NCBI GenBank assembly: GCA_965216875.1
Contig: OZ244207.1
Span: forward strand, 5,920,001-5,984,000
Source of the DNA: Rubripirellula sp.
GTDB taxonomy: Bacteria > Planctomycetota > Planctomycetia > Pirellulales > Pirellulaceae
Length of the DNA: 64,000 bases
Reading direction: 5' to 3'
How positions within the stretch are numbered: position 1 is the stretch's first letter; each line of letters starts with the position of its first letter. The notes below the pieces were generated by a model. The model ran no database searches, was not told where the DNA came from, and saw only the letters and a program-made list of their open reading frames with translations. Of this stretch, positions 9,401-18,258 are shown piece after piece. A program made the translations under genes and the position numbers.

Positions 9401-9992
9401 GGGAGACGGCGATGAATCTGATCAAGACGATGAGGAGTCAGATGCAACCGACGAAGAGGAATCGGAGACCGACGAAGGTGACCAGGACGAAGGCGAAGAG
9501 GACGACGACGTTCACTGCACCGAAAACGATGAGGAGTCGGACGAGGTTGACGATGAAGAATCAGACGCCGAAACCGGTGACTCACGCGATGATGAAGACG
9601 AGAGCGATCCAGAGAACGGCGACGCCGAGGAGTCAGACGAAGCGGATGACGATGAGATCGACCTTCACAACGACCTTGCACCCACCGACGTCAACAATGA
9701 TGGTCAAACGACCGCGCTCGATGCCCTGCTGGTTATCAACTTCTTAAGTAGCCAGGGGTCTGATTTCCTACAAACGCTTACGACGGCGCTGCAGCACTAT
9801 GTGGATGTGAATGGCGATCGAACAGCCACGGCCCTCGATGCACTACAGATCATCAACGCCCTCAGCAGCGGCGCTGTAGGCAATGTCCCGATTCAAGCGA
9901 TTGATACTGCCTTTGGTCTTGACGAACTTGGCGACGATGAAGACGACGACGTTTTGGACCTTCTTTCGGAGTCTCAGGCGACCATCGGCTAA
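6414..9992 (+). CDS. Large exported G8-domain / beta-helix protein with D/E-rich repeat and C-terminal dockerin-like domain
   Basis: RBS TAGGAG at 6401; planctomycete export motif RRLLLQGLETRQLLAGD; SGNWSDPSVWENG..P (G8 start); GRYAVHFH; two DVNxDGxxTALDALxxIN dockerin repeats. Confidence 0.85.
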   Translation: MSNSWIRRVLGRQAKINRNRTFRRRVSRRLLLQGLETRQLLAGDTILAPEVAAVTSEISSAPTDPSPEQIKNHAATSQSHHQAAHPAAMDLISLDLATHTVVGSGNWSDPSVWENGTLPVEGARIIIPQGMTLTVDSVILTEFKTIGIHGALRFATDVNTELRVDTIVSAPHGRFEMGTVADPVAQDVTAKVVFADDGAIDTTWDPQQLSRGAVLQGPTEIHGAETTHRVTLDSFPSAGATSIQLSSVPVNWSAGDEIVITGTQGSTSDEVRTIQSINGTSVAFGDPLELDHVPPNSDLNVYVANKTRNVRFSSENPEVARRGHIMIIHTLDADIHNTEFNDLGRTDKNRELDDLIFEFPDAVGNFTSAPTVYTVTSGERTNVRGRYAVHFHRGGVDPGSAPATIAGSVVDGSPGWGFVNHSANVNMINNVAYGVQGASFYTEVGDEIGSMEGNIAIRTVSPTFRLGDEGAIDPDLRLDRMDFGVDGDGYWLSGHMVSVRDNVSAGASGHGIIIWSDGVIEPDLARGRSSVLVSNVENGHLITGRETIPTWWAPLAEISNNESYGATIGFRSRYVHSQGYLGEIGSDFHTPPDQAYIDTLNPTIDGLTVWGSRDGVLMNYNERMSIKNARLIGVADPYVQNAGTADTGVGIDMYNEVTRGPGVIENVSIEGFNMGLLAPRQDDWRLTNVQLSNTTDMLITEMIEGPRTLEMTDVTFGSLDGTAVAGQAANRQNIVMRANFDANPFQPFNFLMSDRVTLNGQQLYFNEQAADFAPTAGEIAESPGQVPPSMIRLTNQQLVDRFGTSFGGAIIPDDATTAEYLTGGVVGSLAAPAATSPPLYHPAGESAGPNGLIIDPGTLTNFDGPVTNPEDDDEELDDDTGDEDETDDEEGGEGDGEADDHGGDDDHDEHCVDPDEESDESETGEGGQNEGEDEGDGDESDQDDEESDATDEEESETGEGDQDEGEEDDDVHCVDPDEESDESETDEGGQDEGEDEGDGDESDQDDEESDATDEEESETDEGDQDEGEEDDDVHCTENDEESDEVDDEESDAETGDSRDDEDESDPENGDAEESDEADDDEIDLHNDLAPTDVNNDGQTTALDALLVINFLSSQGSDFLQTLTTALQHYVDVNGDRTATALDALQIINALSSGAVGNVPIQAIDTAFGLDELGDDEDDDVLDLLSESQATIG
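9141..9517 (+). repeat. Intragenic 186-bp (62-aa) tandem duplication
   Basis: CACTGTGTAGACCCCGATGAGGAG at 9141 and 9327; third CACTG at 9513. Confidence 0.9.
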
Positions 9993-10257
9993 AGAAGCTG
10001 GCCCGTTGAACCACCACGCAGGCGTCAACGCGCCAGCGAATTGGTAGACCAACATTTCGGCAAAATTGACGACAATCAACCATCCGTTTGCGAGACCGAA
10101 ACCCGGGTAACCAAACGGATGCAAAAACGCAGCCTTTATGTGCCAAGATTTGAGATCAAAGAGAAGATTCTGTACCCGGTACAGAATTCTTGGCTGTAAA
10201 ACGTCGACGCAAATCAAACGGTTGACGCAACTCGTTGTCTAGCAAGAACTTCAGAAG

Positions 10258-10331
10258 CACACCCGGCAGGATTCGAACCTGCAACCCTCGGTTCCGAAGA
10301 CCGATGCGCTATCCAATTGTGCCACGGGTGC
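10258..10331 (-). tRNA. tRNA-Arg (anticodon UCG)
   Basis: Full cloverleaf: GCACCCG/CGGGTGT acceptor, TCGGT-CTTCGGA-ACCGA anticodon arm, GCAGG-TTCGAAT-CCTGC T arm; CCA not encoded. Confidence 0.93.
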
Positions 10332-10507
10332 GTTCGTGGAAAGTGACACCGTCACTTTCCACGGGTTCAGTATTTTAACGCTTCTGCGCCGTTCTTCCAG
10401 GGCTCGTTTCCCTCGGTTTTTGCCGCTTCGCTTCGTTTTCGCCGCTGCGTCCCCGTTTTGTCGGGGCTCGCGAGCTCAAACGCCCGGAGAGGTTTGTATA
10501 CATCGTT

Positions 10508-10736
10508 CCCTCCCCGGACTTTGCGTCCGACCCTCCCGCAAGCGGAAGGGTGATTGCTGCTTGGGCAAGCACTTCGGCCTATGGCACCGCGCGGCGCGTT
10601 CAAGCACGAGTCTTTGGGGTCTCTTACTCGGTGGTCTCCGTGCCCTCTGTGGCTCATCCGGTTTATCTGCCAAAGTCCAGCCATGCCCTCCCCGGACTTT
10701 GCGTCCGACCCTCCCGCAAGCGGGAGGGTGATTGCT
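10508..10736 (+). repeat. Two copies of a 51-bp REP-like palindromic unit
   Basis: CCCTCCCCGGACTTTGCGTCCGACCCTCCCGCAAGCGG(A/G)AGGGTGATTGCT at 10508-10558 and 10686-10736. Confidence 0.85.
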
Positions 10737-10752
10737 CATGGCGGCGCGTTTC

Positions 10753-12225
10753 CTACAGGTCCTTTTCGGTCGGCGGAAAACGTTTTCGTGAATCGCTGTC
10801 GATCGGCTTGCCGGTTCGCATACTCCACCACTCCCCTTCCCTCTCGGGATCATGGTTCGGGTTCGGAATGGGCATCCGGGCGAGCGTCTCGGTGCGGAAG
10901 GCGGCGAGCTTTCGCTTCAAGTCGGCGACACGTCCTTTCTTCTCATCGGCAAGGTTCTTGGTTTCGCCAATGTCACCGGCAAGATGGTACAGCTCGATGT
11001 CGCCCGATCCGTCGAGGTATTCAATCAGCTTCCAGTCGCGCTCGCGAATACTGCTTGCTGGTCGATCGTGGTGGTAGTGTGGGTAGTGCCAATGCAATGC
11101 CTCGCGATCAAGCTTGGCCGATGGTTTGGTGAAAAGTGGCCGCAAACTCTCGCCGTCGATCGTTTGGTTTCGTGGCAACGCTCCACCCGCGAGCTCGGTG
11201 AACGTCGGGTAAAAGTCATAACTGATCGCCGGTTCCGAGCTGACGCTGCCCGCCGCAATTTCGCTCGGGTACTTGATGATCAGCGGCACGCGCACGCCGC
11301 CCTCATGAAGTGATCCCTTCTCACCCTTCAAAGGTGCCAAACTCGAAACGTTGTCGTCAGCATGCTCGCGGTAGTCGTAACGCCGATAGAGTCCACCATT
11401 GTCGGAGGTGAAGACAATCATCGTCTTCTCAGTCAGCCCCGCATCATCAACGGCGTCCACGATACGACCGACCATGTCGTCGCAGTGCTCGATCATCGCG
11501 GCGTAAACCGGGTGCGGCAAGTCTCGTGATTGAGCTTTCGCCTTTTCGCGATACTTTTCAACCTTATCCGACATGGCACCGAGCGGAATGTGGACCGCGA
11601 AGGGCGACAGCATGAGGAAGAAGGGCTGGTCTTTGTTGCTGCGTATGAAGTCGATTGAAAGGTCGGCTTCGAAGTCGGTTCGGTATTGGCCTTGCTTCGG
11701 CTTCAAGTCATTGCGCTGCGCAACGCGATAACGACCAGGCAAGTGGGGCCCGCCAATCACGGCCGCAAACTCATAACCTTGCCGGTCCGGTTGGTGGATA
11801 CGATTGGTTCCCAAGTGCCACTTGCCGATGTAGCCGGTCGAGTATCCGGCGTCGCGCAACGATTCGGCGACCGTGACGGTATCAAGCGGGAGCGCCATCG
11901 TTGTCAGCGGCGTCGTCACGGGTGCAAAGGGACGCCAGTGACCAGGGATGTGGGCGGTGATCCCGATGCGAGCTTGGTTTTGGCCCGATTGGACCGCGCA
12001 ACGTGTCGGCGAACAAACTGCACCGGCGGCGTAAAAGTCGGTGAACTTCAACCCGTCTTTGGCAAGTTGGTTGATGTGCGGCGTTTCGACGAAATCGTTG
12101 CCGTAGCAACCCACGTCTTTCCAGCCGAGGTCATCGATGAAGATCAGAATGATGTTTGGCTTCTCTGCACTGGCGAGGGGCACCGACGCGAGAAGCGCGA
12201 ACAAGGCGATCAGTAGGCGGGGCAT
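10753..12225 (-). CDS. Sulfatase (formylglycine-dependent, Cys type)
   Basis: Signal peptide; PNIILIFIDDLG, CSPTR, GKWHLG, SDNGG motifs. Start moved to ATG 12225. Confidence 0.95.
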   Translation of the reverse strand: MPRLLIALFALLASVPLASAEKPNIILIFIDDLGWKDVGCYGNDFVETPHINQLAKDGLKFTDFYAAGAVCSPTRCAVQSGQNQARIGITAHIPGHWRPFAPVTTPLTTMALPLDTVTVAESLRDAGYSTGYIGKWHLGTNRIHQPDRQGYEFAAVIGGPHLPGRYRVAQRNDLKPKQGQYRTDFEADLSIDFIRSNKDQPFFLMLSPFAVHIPLGAMSDKVEKYREKAKAQSRDLPHPVYAAMIEHCDDMVGRIVDAVDDAGLTEKTMIVFTSDNGGLYRRYDYREHADDNVSSLAPLKGEKGSLHEGGVRVPLIIKYPSEIAAGSVSSEPAISYDFYPTFTELAGGALPRNQTIDGESLRPLFTKPSAKLDREALHWHYPHYHHDRPASSIRERDWKLIEYLDGSGDIELYHLAGDIGETKNLADEKKGRVADLKRKLAAFRTETLARMPIPNPNHDPEREGEWWSMRTGKPIDSDSRKRFPPTEKDL

Positions 12226-12421
12226 GTGTGGTGGGCTCCGTGGTGGGTGGGGTCGGTATTGTAGTTCAGAGCGCGTTGAAATGGTGGTTGGGAAAGATGG
12301 AACCACGGATTGCTTGAATCACACGAATAGGGGCCGCGTTGGAATGGGATGAGATGGAATGGCTCGAGGAGTGAATATGAGGAGGAGAACCACGAATTAG
12401 TCGAATTGCACGAATGGGGTG

Positions 12422-13588
12422 CTACCAGTTTTGCCACGATGAGTCGTTGTCGTTGCTAGCCAAGCAGCGAGTCATGAAACGGACTCCGTCGTGACCATCT
12501 TGGACCTTGGGGTAGAGTGAAGTTGGTTCTTGCGTTTGGCCTGCGTTGACTCGGCGCATGTCGGCAAATGCATCGCGGTAAACGTTGGCAAACGCTTCAA
12601 AGAAAGCTTCAGGATGCCCACCGGGCAATCGACAGGCTGCGACAGCGTCGGCCGACGAATAGGGTGCGTTGGGGTTTCGCTCGTAGATCTTTGTTGGTTC
12701 GCCCAGCGACCGTACAAACAATTGATTGGGTTCCTCTTGTCGCCAAGTCAGCGCTGCTTTTGTGCCATCGATTTCAATTGACAGGTCGTTCAAACGACCG
12801 TGCGTCACTTGGCTCCAAGTCACCATTCCGGTCGTGCCACTTTGGTACTTCAGCATCGCGTGCCCGTAGTCATCCAACTCGTGATGCGGCGAGTAGGACT
12901 TCATGCGACAGAGTAACGAATCAGGCGTTTGACCTGAGACAAAACTTGCGAGGTGAAACGCGTGCGTGCCGACATCGCCCAGTGAACCGGCGCGACCGTT
13001 CATGTTCGGGTCTGACTTCCACGCACCGCGCGCTGGAGTAGCGGCTGGGTCCATTCCGTGCATCCAGCCTTGAACGTAGGTCGTGCGGACCGCGATCAAG
13101 TCGCCAAGCTCACCGGCCGCGATCATCTCGCGTGCTTGTCGCATCATCGGATAGCCGCTGTAGTTGTGCGTGAGCGCGAAGACGCGTCCTGTCTGGGCTG
13201 CGGCGTCGACCATTCGGTCGGCGTCTTCCAGATTCGTTGTCATTGGTTTGTCACAGACAACGTGAAAACCAGCCTTCATTGCCGCGACCGCGATTTCGCA
13301 GTGAGTGTGGTTGGGCGTCGCTACCGACACAAAATCGACGCGTTGGTCCGCAGGCAACGACGACTCTTTTTCGAACAATTCTTGGTACGAGGTGTAGGCA
13401 CGGTTTGCAGCAATCCCAAACTCCGTCGCGGATGACTTGGCGCGATCGGGATTCGACGAGAGTGCACCGGCGACCAAGTCAGCTTGACGATCAAGTGTTG
13501 CCGCGGTCGCATGCACTTTCCCGATGAATCCGGCGCCGCCGCCACCGACAAGTGCCATGCGAAGTGGTCGTTGGGATTGGTCCGTCAT
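12422..13588 (-). CDS. Gfo/Idh/MocA-family oxidoreductase
   Basis: GGGGAGFIG, ATPNHTH, CDKP, DVGTH motifs. Confidence 0.93.
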   Translation of the reverse strand: MTDQSQRPLRMALVGGGGAGFIGKVHATAATLDRQADLVAGALSSNPDRAKSSATEFGIAANRAYTSYQELFEKESSLPADQRVDFVSVATPNHTHCEIAVAAMKAGFHVVCDKPMTTNLEDADRMVDAAAQTGRVFALTHNYSGYPMMRQAREMIAAGELGDLIAVRTTYVQGWMHGMDPAATPARGAWKSDPNMNGRAGSLGDVGTHAFHLASFVSGQTPDSLLCRMKSYSPHHELDDYGHAMLKYQSGTTGMVTWSQVTHGRLNDLSIEIDGTKAALTWRQEEPNQLFVRSLGEPTKIYERNPNAPYSSADAVAACRLPGGHPEAFFEAFANVYRDAFADMRRVNAGQTQEPTSLYPKVQDGHDGVRFMTRCLASNDNDSSWQNW

Positions 13589-13642
13589 GATGCAGAGATT
13601 CCTAATTCTTTGCGGGTGGCAGCCGTCGGAAGCTACGCTCGG

Positions 13643-15139
13643 TCAAGCGATGATGTCGTCGATGACGTGTCCGTGCACATCAGTCAAACGGCGATCGATA
13701 CCGTTGTGACGCACGGTCAGACGCTTGTGATCGATCCCGAGCAGATGCAGGATCGTCGCATGGATGTCATACACCTGGGTTGGATGATCCCGATCGAGCG
13801 GCTTATAGCCCCACTCGTCCGACTCGCCAAACGTGACACCAGGCTTGATTCCACCACCGGAAAGCCAGTTCGTAAAGACGTAGGGATTGTGATCGCGGCC
13901 CTTACTTCCCTGAGTACTCGGCATGCGACCAAACTCGGTGGTCCAAAGCACGATCGTGTCTTTGAGCAATCCGCGTTGTTTGAGATCTTTCAACAGCGCC
14001 GCGGTGCCGACGGCCATCCCGCGCGCAAGCGGTCCATGATCGCGTTCGATATTCTCGTGGCTGTCCCAATTGCGACGTGGAAAGCTATTGTCGTTGCCCG
14101 ACCAAATCTGGACGAAGCGGACGCCCCGTTCGAGTAGGCGACGCGCGATCAAACACTTGCGTCCAAAGTACTCGGCTTCCTCGGCCGGGTTGATCGTCTC
14201 GGGATACTTGGCTCCCGCGCGATCGAGCCCGTACATTTTCATGATGTGTTGCGGTTCGTCCGAAAGATCAAGCGCCTCGGGCGCGCTCAGTTGCATCTTC
14301 GCGGCGAGTTCGTATGAGCGAATCCGTGCCTGCAAACGCGAGTCGCCGGGCCGTTCCCTTTCGTAACGCCGGTTGAGCCGATTGAGCAGCTCGATCCCGT
14401 CGCGATCTCCTGCCTTTGTCACATAGTCGGCATGCGGCAACAGATCTTCAATCGGATTGGCGCGTTGTGGAAAGATTGCCGTGCCTTGGGAACTTGCAGG
14501 CAAGAATGCAGAGCCCCAGTTCTTTGGCCCGTTGCTCGCAAACCCACGATGGTCCGGCAACACAACAAACGTCGGCAAGTTCTCGTTGATCGATCCGAGA
14601 CCATACGAAATCCACGACCCCATCCCGGGAAAACCTGGACGTTGAAAACCGGTCGCTTGCAAGTAGGTCGCCTGGGAATGCACGCCTGTTTTGCCGACCA
14701 AGTTATGGACAAACGCGATGTCATCCACGCACGCACCAAGCGGCTCGACCACTTCGCTGATCTGCTTGCCCGTTTCTCCATGCGGCGAAAACCTGAAAGG
14801 TGACTTCATCCATGGACCGAGACCGTTTTGAAATGCTTCGACGTGTTCGCCAAAATCAGACTTTTCGCCGTGATGTTTCTCGAGCATCGGCTTGTGATCC
14901 CACAAGTCGATATGGCTGGCCGCACCCGCCATGAAAAGCTGGATGACGCGGCGCGCCTTGGGAGGATGATGGAGCACTTGGACGGCGCCCCCACCAAGCG
15001 CAAGATCCGCTGAGTTTTGATTGCGGGGCAAACGCTCGTCGCCGACGGCTTCGTCGCGCAACATCATCGCGAGTGCCATCGCACCAAATCCGCCAGCAGC
15101 ATCCGCGAGGAGGTCACGACGATGAATGGTCTTGCTCAT
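13643..15139 (-). CDS. DUF1501-family protein (Tat-like signal)
   Basis: RRDLL; ARRLLERGVRFVQ, WDSH, EFGRMP, GRDHNP, RLTDVHG motifs. Start at ATG 15139. Confidence 0.92.
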   Translation of the reverse strand: MSKTIHRRDLLADAAGGFGAMALAMMLRDEAVGDERLPRNQNSADLALGGGAVQVLHHPPKARRVIQLFMAGAASHIDLWDHKPMLEKHHGEKSDFGEHVEAFQNGLGPWMKSPFRFSPHGETGKQISEVVEPLGACVDDIAFVHNLVGKTGVHSQATYLQATGFQRPGFPGMGSWISYGLGSINENLPTFVVLPDHRGFASNGPKNWGSAFLPASSQGTAIFPQRANPIEDLLPHADYVTKAGDRDGIELLNRLNRRYERERPGDSRLQARIRSYELAAKMQLSAPEALDLSDEPQHIMKMYGLDRAGAKYPETINPAEEAEYFGRKCLIARRLLERGVRFVQIWSGNDNSFPRRNWDSHENIERDHGPLARGMAVGTAALLKDLKQRGLLKDTIVLWTTEFGRMPSTQGSKGRDHNPYVFTNWLSGGGIKPGVTFGESDEWGYKPLDRDHPTQVYDIHATILHLLGIDHKRLTVRHNGIDRRLTDVHGHVIDDIIA

Positions 15140-15158
15140 GAGTGGGCCCCGATCAACA

Positions 15159-18134
15159 TCAATCGATGAAAACGAATTCGGAAAGGTTGAACAGCATCCG
15201 GCAAAGGTTTTGCATTCCATGACGCTTGGCATAGTCAACCAATTCGCCGCGTTCATCGTCCTCAGGCAATCGTCCGGCGACCCGTAGCATCGCGTGATCA
15301 ATCTGTTCTGCGAGCGATAGGCGATCGCGCGTTAAGTCTGCGGCGAAACGCTCAGCCATCACGAGGTTGAAGCGGTTGTTTAACAGCGAAAGCGCTTGCA
15401 ACGATGTGAGCGTTTCATTGCGGCGCGGCGTGCTCTGTGACGAATCAGCGCAATCGAGCGTTGTCATGAACGGGTCGGGTTGCGAGCGAACCACAAATCG
15501 ATAAATCGACCGCCGGTGGCTCGCTTCATCGCGTGGATCAAACTTGTGGTACTCGTAGTGAGGCGAGTGTTCGGTCCGTTCCAATTCGAACAGATAGAAA
15601 CCCGGCCCACCCATCTGTTCGTTTAAGCTGCCGCTGACAGTCAAAATTGAGTCGCGAATCTCTTCGGCCGTCAGTCGGCGTCGGTTCATACGCCACAGGA
15701 ATTGGTTGCCAGCGTCGATCTTCGCATGATGTGAGTGACTCGCGGATGATTGTTTGTAGGTTTTGCTGGTGACGATCAAACGATGTAACGACTTGAGTGA
15801 TTGACCATTGTCGCGAAACTCGACCGCCAGCCAATCGAGCAGTTCGGGGTGCGTCGGTAACGATCCCATCCGCCCAAAGTCATTGGGCGTGTCGACGATA
15901 CCCGACCCGAAATGATTTTGCCAAACGCGATTAACAATCGAGCGCCAAACAAGCGGGTTCGCATCGTCGGTCAACCAACGCGCGAGTGCCGCGCGACGTT
16001 CGCTTTCGGTATCAACCGAAGCGAGTCGCCAATCGTTCTCGGCGTCTGTCGGTAAAACGCCGGCAGTCACTTCGTCCAACGGTTGAGTGATGTTGCCGCG
16101 GTGGAGAATTCGTACCGTTCGCGGTTTGCCGCCGGTCGGTTTGAAGTTACCTTGAGGTTTGAAGCTGGTTGCAGCAGCGTAAACCATTTTTCCGGCTGGC
16201 AGTCCGCTGAGCTCTTCTTCATGTTTTCGGATCTTTGCCTCGATGGCATCACGACGGCGGACCCAATCTTCGGTCTCGATGCGGGCCACAAGTGCACCGC
16301 GCTCGCGTTGCACACTGACCAGCGTCGTGGCGGCACCATGATCTTTGGGACGCGCAAAAAGGCCATCAACGAGGTTATTTCGGTGCCAACGCACGGGAGC
16401 TTGTATCGAATCGAGCGATGTCACCTTGGCGTTCTCGGCAGCGTTGCGACCGCCAGCATCAAGCACATGCAATTCAGCAAGTGCGAAGATAAAATCGTTG
16501 CTACGTGGCGCCAACTTGGTCGCGGTCACTCGAACGAAACGCGCCGTGGTCTCGTTCGTCTCAATCGTGACCGGCAGGTACCCAGGATTGGGCTGGTCGG
16601 AATCGGTTCGATCCTCGAGGATCGTCCACGTGGCCGTAGGCGTGGAAGGGTCGTCCGAAGTGGTTTCGATTTTGTAACGAACGGGGAACCCGAACCCGGC
16701 GCCGATGCCCGCGTATTCATCGTGGCAGGGAAAAAGAACGACCCTCGCGACATCGACCTGGCGGCCTAGATCGACCTGAACCCATTTTGTTGCGGCTTGC
16801 TCTTTGACGATTTCGCTGTGGTATCCGAAGGCCGGTTTCTTCTCGATGCCAACTTTCGGTTTCAGCTCTTTGATTTGTTCGTCTAGTTTGACCAATCTCT
16901 CGCCTGCCGCGTCACTTCGTTCCTTTTCAACCGCCTTCTTTTGCGTTCTCAAGTCGGTGAGTTGACTTTCCAGCTTCGCTTTTTGTTTGACGATTTTAGG
17001 ATCGAGATCATAAACGCGTTCGGCCCGATCGACGGCGGCGAAGATGGCTTGCAAACTGTAGTAGTGTTCCTGGGTGAAAGGATCGAACTTGTGATTGTGG
17101 CATCGAGCGCATTGAATGGTCACGCTGCAAAACGTATTGAGTGTGTTGGTCACCATTTCGTCGCGATCGAGATTGCGAGCCACTTTCCCGTCAATCTTTG
17201 ACTCGGGAACCTCGACATGACCAATGAAATCCCAAGGCCCCGCAGCGATGAAACCAAGTCCGATGATCCCGTCTCGCTCACCGGGAAACAGAACGTCACC
17301 TGCGATCTGTTCTTGGACAAACCTCGCGTACGGTTTGTCTTCGTTCAGCGAGCGAATCACATAATCACGATAGGGCCAAGCGTTTGGCCGAAGCTTGTCT
17401 TTGTCATAACCGCACGTGTCCGCGTACTTGACGACGTCCAACCAATGCCTGGCCCATCGCTCACCGTAACGGGGCGACTCAAGCAACCGATCGACCAACT
17501 TGTCGTAGGCGGCGTCACTTGAATCGTTAACAAAGGCATCAATCTCTGCTGGAGTTGGCGGCAGACCGGTCAAGTCGTAGGTCAATCGTCGTATCAGAGT
17601 ACGACGATCGGCTGGTCGCGAAGGGGCAAGGCCTTTCTCACGAAGCGTGGCCTGTATGAACGCGTCGATCGGATGATCTTCGCTGCCCGGGATCGCTGGT
17701 CGATTCATCGGCTTGAACGACCACCAGTCAAAGTCGCTTACGGTGGCTTCAATGCGAACGCCACTCGGCCATTCAGCGCCGGCGGCAATCCACTTTTCGA
17801 TGGCCGCCAACTGCGTCTGCGTTAGCGGAGTGCCCTCCTTTGGCATCGACGGTGGTTGATCGCCGTCGGATCGCAAGACATCCATGAGCGACGAATCCGA
17901 CTGACGCGGTTCAACGTGCCCGCTGTCAAAGAACGCTGCTTTCGCTTCGAGTGAAAACCCGCCTTCTTGATCGATCTCGTTGTGGCAGGCAACACAATGC
18001 TTCGAAAAGATCTCGGCGACCGGCGCAAACAGGTCGCTGTTGTTTTCGCTATTGTTTTCGTCGCCATAACCGGTCGCAGAACACACCGTCAGCGCAAAGA
18101 GGCACGTCAAAAGGCTGGCGTAAGCGAACTTCAT
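15159..18134 (-). CDS. Planctomycete cytochrome c / DUF1549 / DUF1553 protein with inserted F5/8 (discoidin)-like domain
   Basis: CVACH and CARCH heme motifs; HPIDAFI, YGERWARHWLDV, PTHPELLDWLA; WVQVDLG...ARFVRV insert. Start at ATG 18134. Confidence 0.92.
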   Translation of the reverse strand: MKFAYASLLTCLFALTVCSATGYGDENNSENNSDLFAPVAEIFSKHCVACHNEIDQEGGFSLEAKAAFFDSGHVEPRQSDSSLMDVLRSDGDQPPSMPKEGTPLTQTQLAAIEKWIAAGAEWPSGVRIEATVSDFDWWSFKPMNRPAIPGSEDHPIDAFIQATLREKGLAPSRPADRRTLIRRLTYDLTGLPPTPAEIDAFVNDSSDAAYDKLVDRLLESPRYGERWARHWLDVVKYADTCGYDKDKLRPNAWPYRDYVIRSLNEDKPYARFVQEQIAGDVLFPGERDGIIGLGFIAAGPWDFIGHVEVPESKIDGKVARNLDRDEMVTNTLNTFCSVTIQCARCHNHKFDPFTQEHYYSLQAIFAAVDRAERVYDLDPKIVKQKAKLESQLTDLRTQKKAVEKERSDAAGERLVKLDEQIKELKPKVGIEKKPAFGYHSEIVKEQAATKWVQVDLGRQVDVARVVLFPCHDEYAGIGAGFGFPVRYKIETTSDDPSTPTATWTILEDRTDSDQPNPGYLPVTIETNETTARFVRVTATKLAPRSNDFIFALAELHVLDAGGRNAAENAKVTSLDSIQAPVRWHRNNLVDGLFARPKDHGAATTLVSVQRERGALVARIETEDWVRRRDAIEAKIRKHEEELSGLPAGKMVYAAATSFKPQGNFKPTGGKPRTVRILHRGNITQPLDEVTAGVLPTDAENDWRLASVDTESERRAALARWLTDDANPLVWRSIVNRVWQNHFGSGIVDTPNDFGRMGSLPTHPELLDWLAVEFRDNGQSLKSLHRLIVTSKTYKQSSASHSHHAKIDAGNQFLWRMNRRRLTAEEIRDSILTVSGSLNEQMGGPGFYLFELERTEHSPHYEYHKFDPRDEASHRRSIYRFVVRSQPDPFMTTLDCADSSQSTPRRNETLTSLQALSLLNNRFNLVMAERFAADLTRDRLSLAEQIDHAMLRVAGRLPEDDERGELVDYAKRHGMQNLCRMLFNLSEFVFID

Positions 18135-18258
18135 GGTGCTTGCGGAAGGAGGGGGAATTGCCCGCATGCAGGCTGGGTGGGAGATTACCGATTGTAGTAG
18201 GTCACGATGACGAAGTGGGCTCGTTCCACGCCATTCCTTTTCGAAAAGCTCACCCGAA

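Larger units (their letters stand above)
2071..10299. mobile_element. tRNA-Arg-anchored genomic islet (no integrase seen)
   Basis: Bounded by the tRNA 3'-half direct repeat; four cargo genes; related short motifs near both ends. Confidence 0.7.

Noticed and set aside
10336..10750. ORFs between tRNA-Arg and the sulfatase
   Set aside because: Translations arise from REP-like repeats; no protein-like features.
12300..12415. AACCACG(G/A)AT...CACGAAT short repeats as a regulatory site
   Set aside because: Two degenerate copies only; most likely another small dispersed repeat, with no function supportable.
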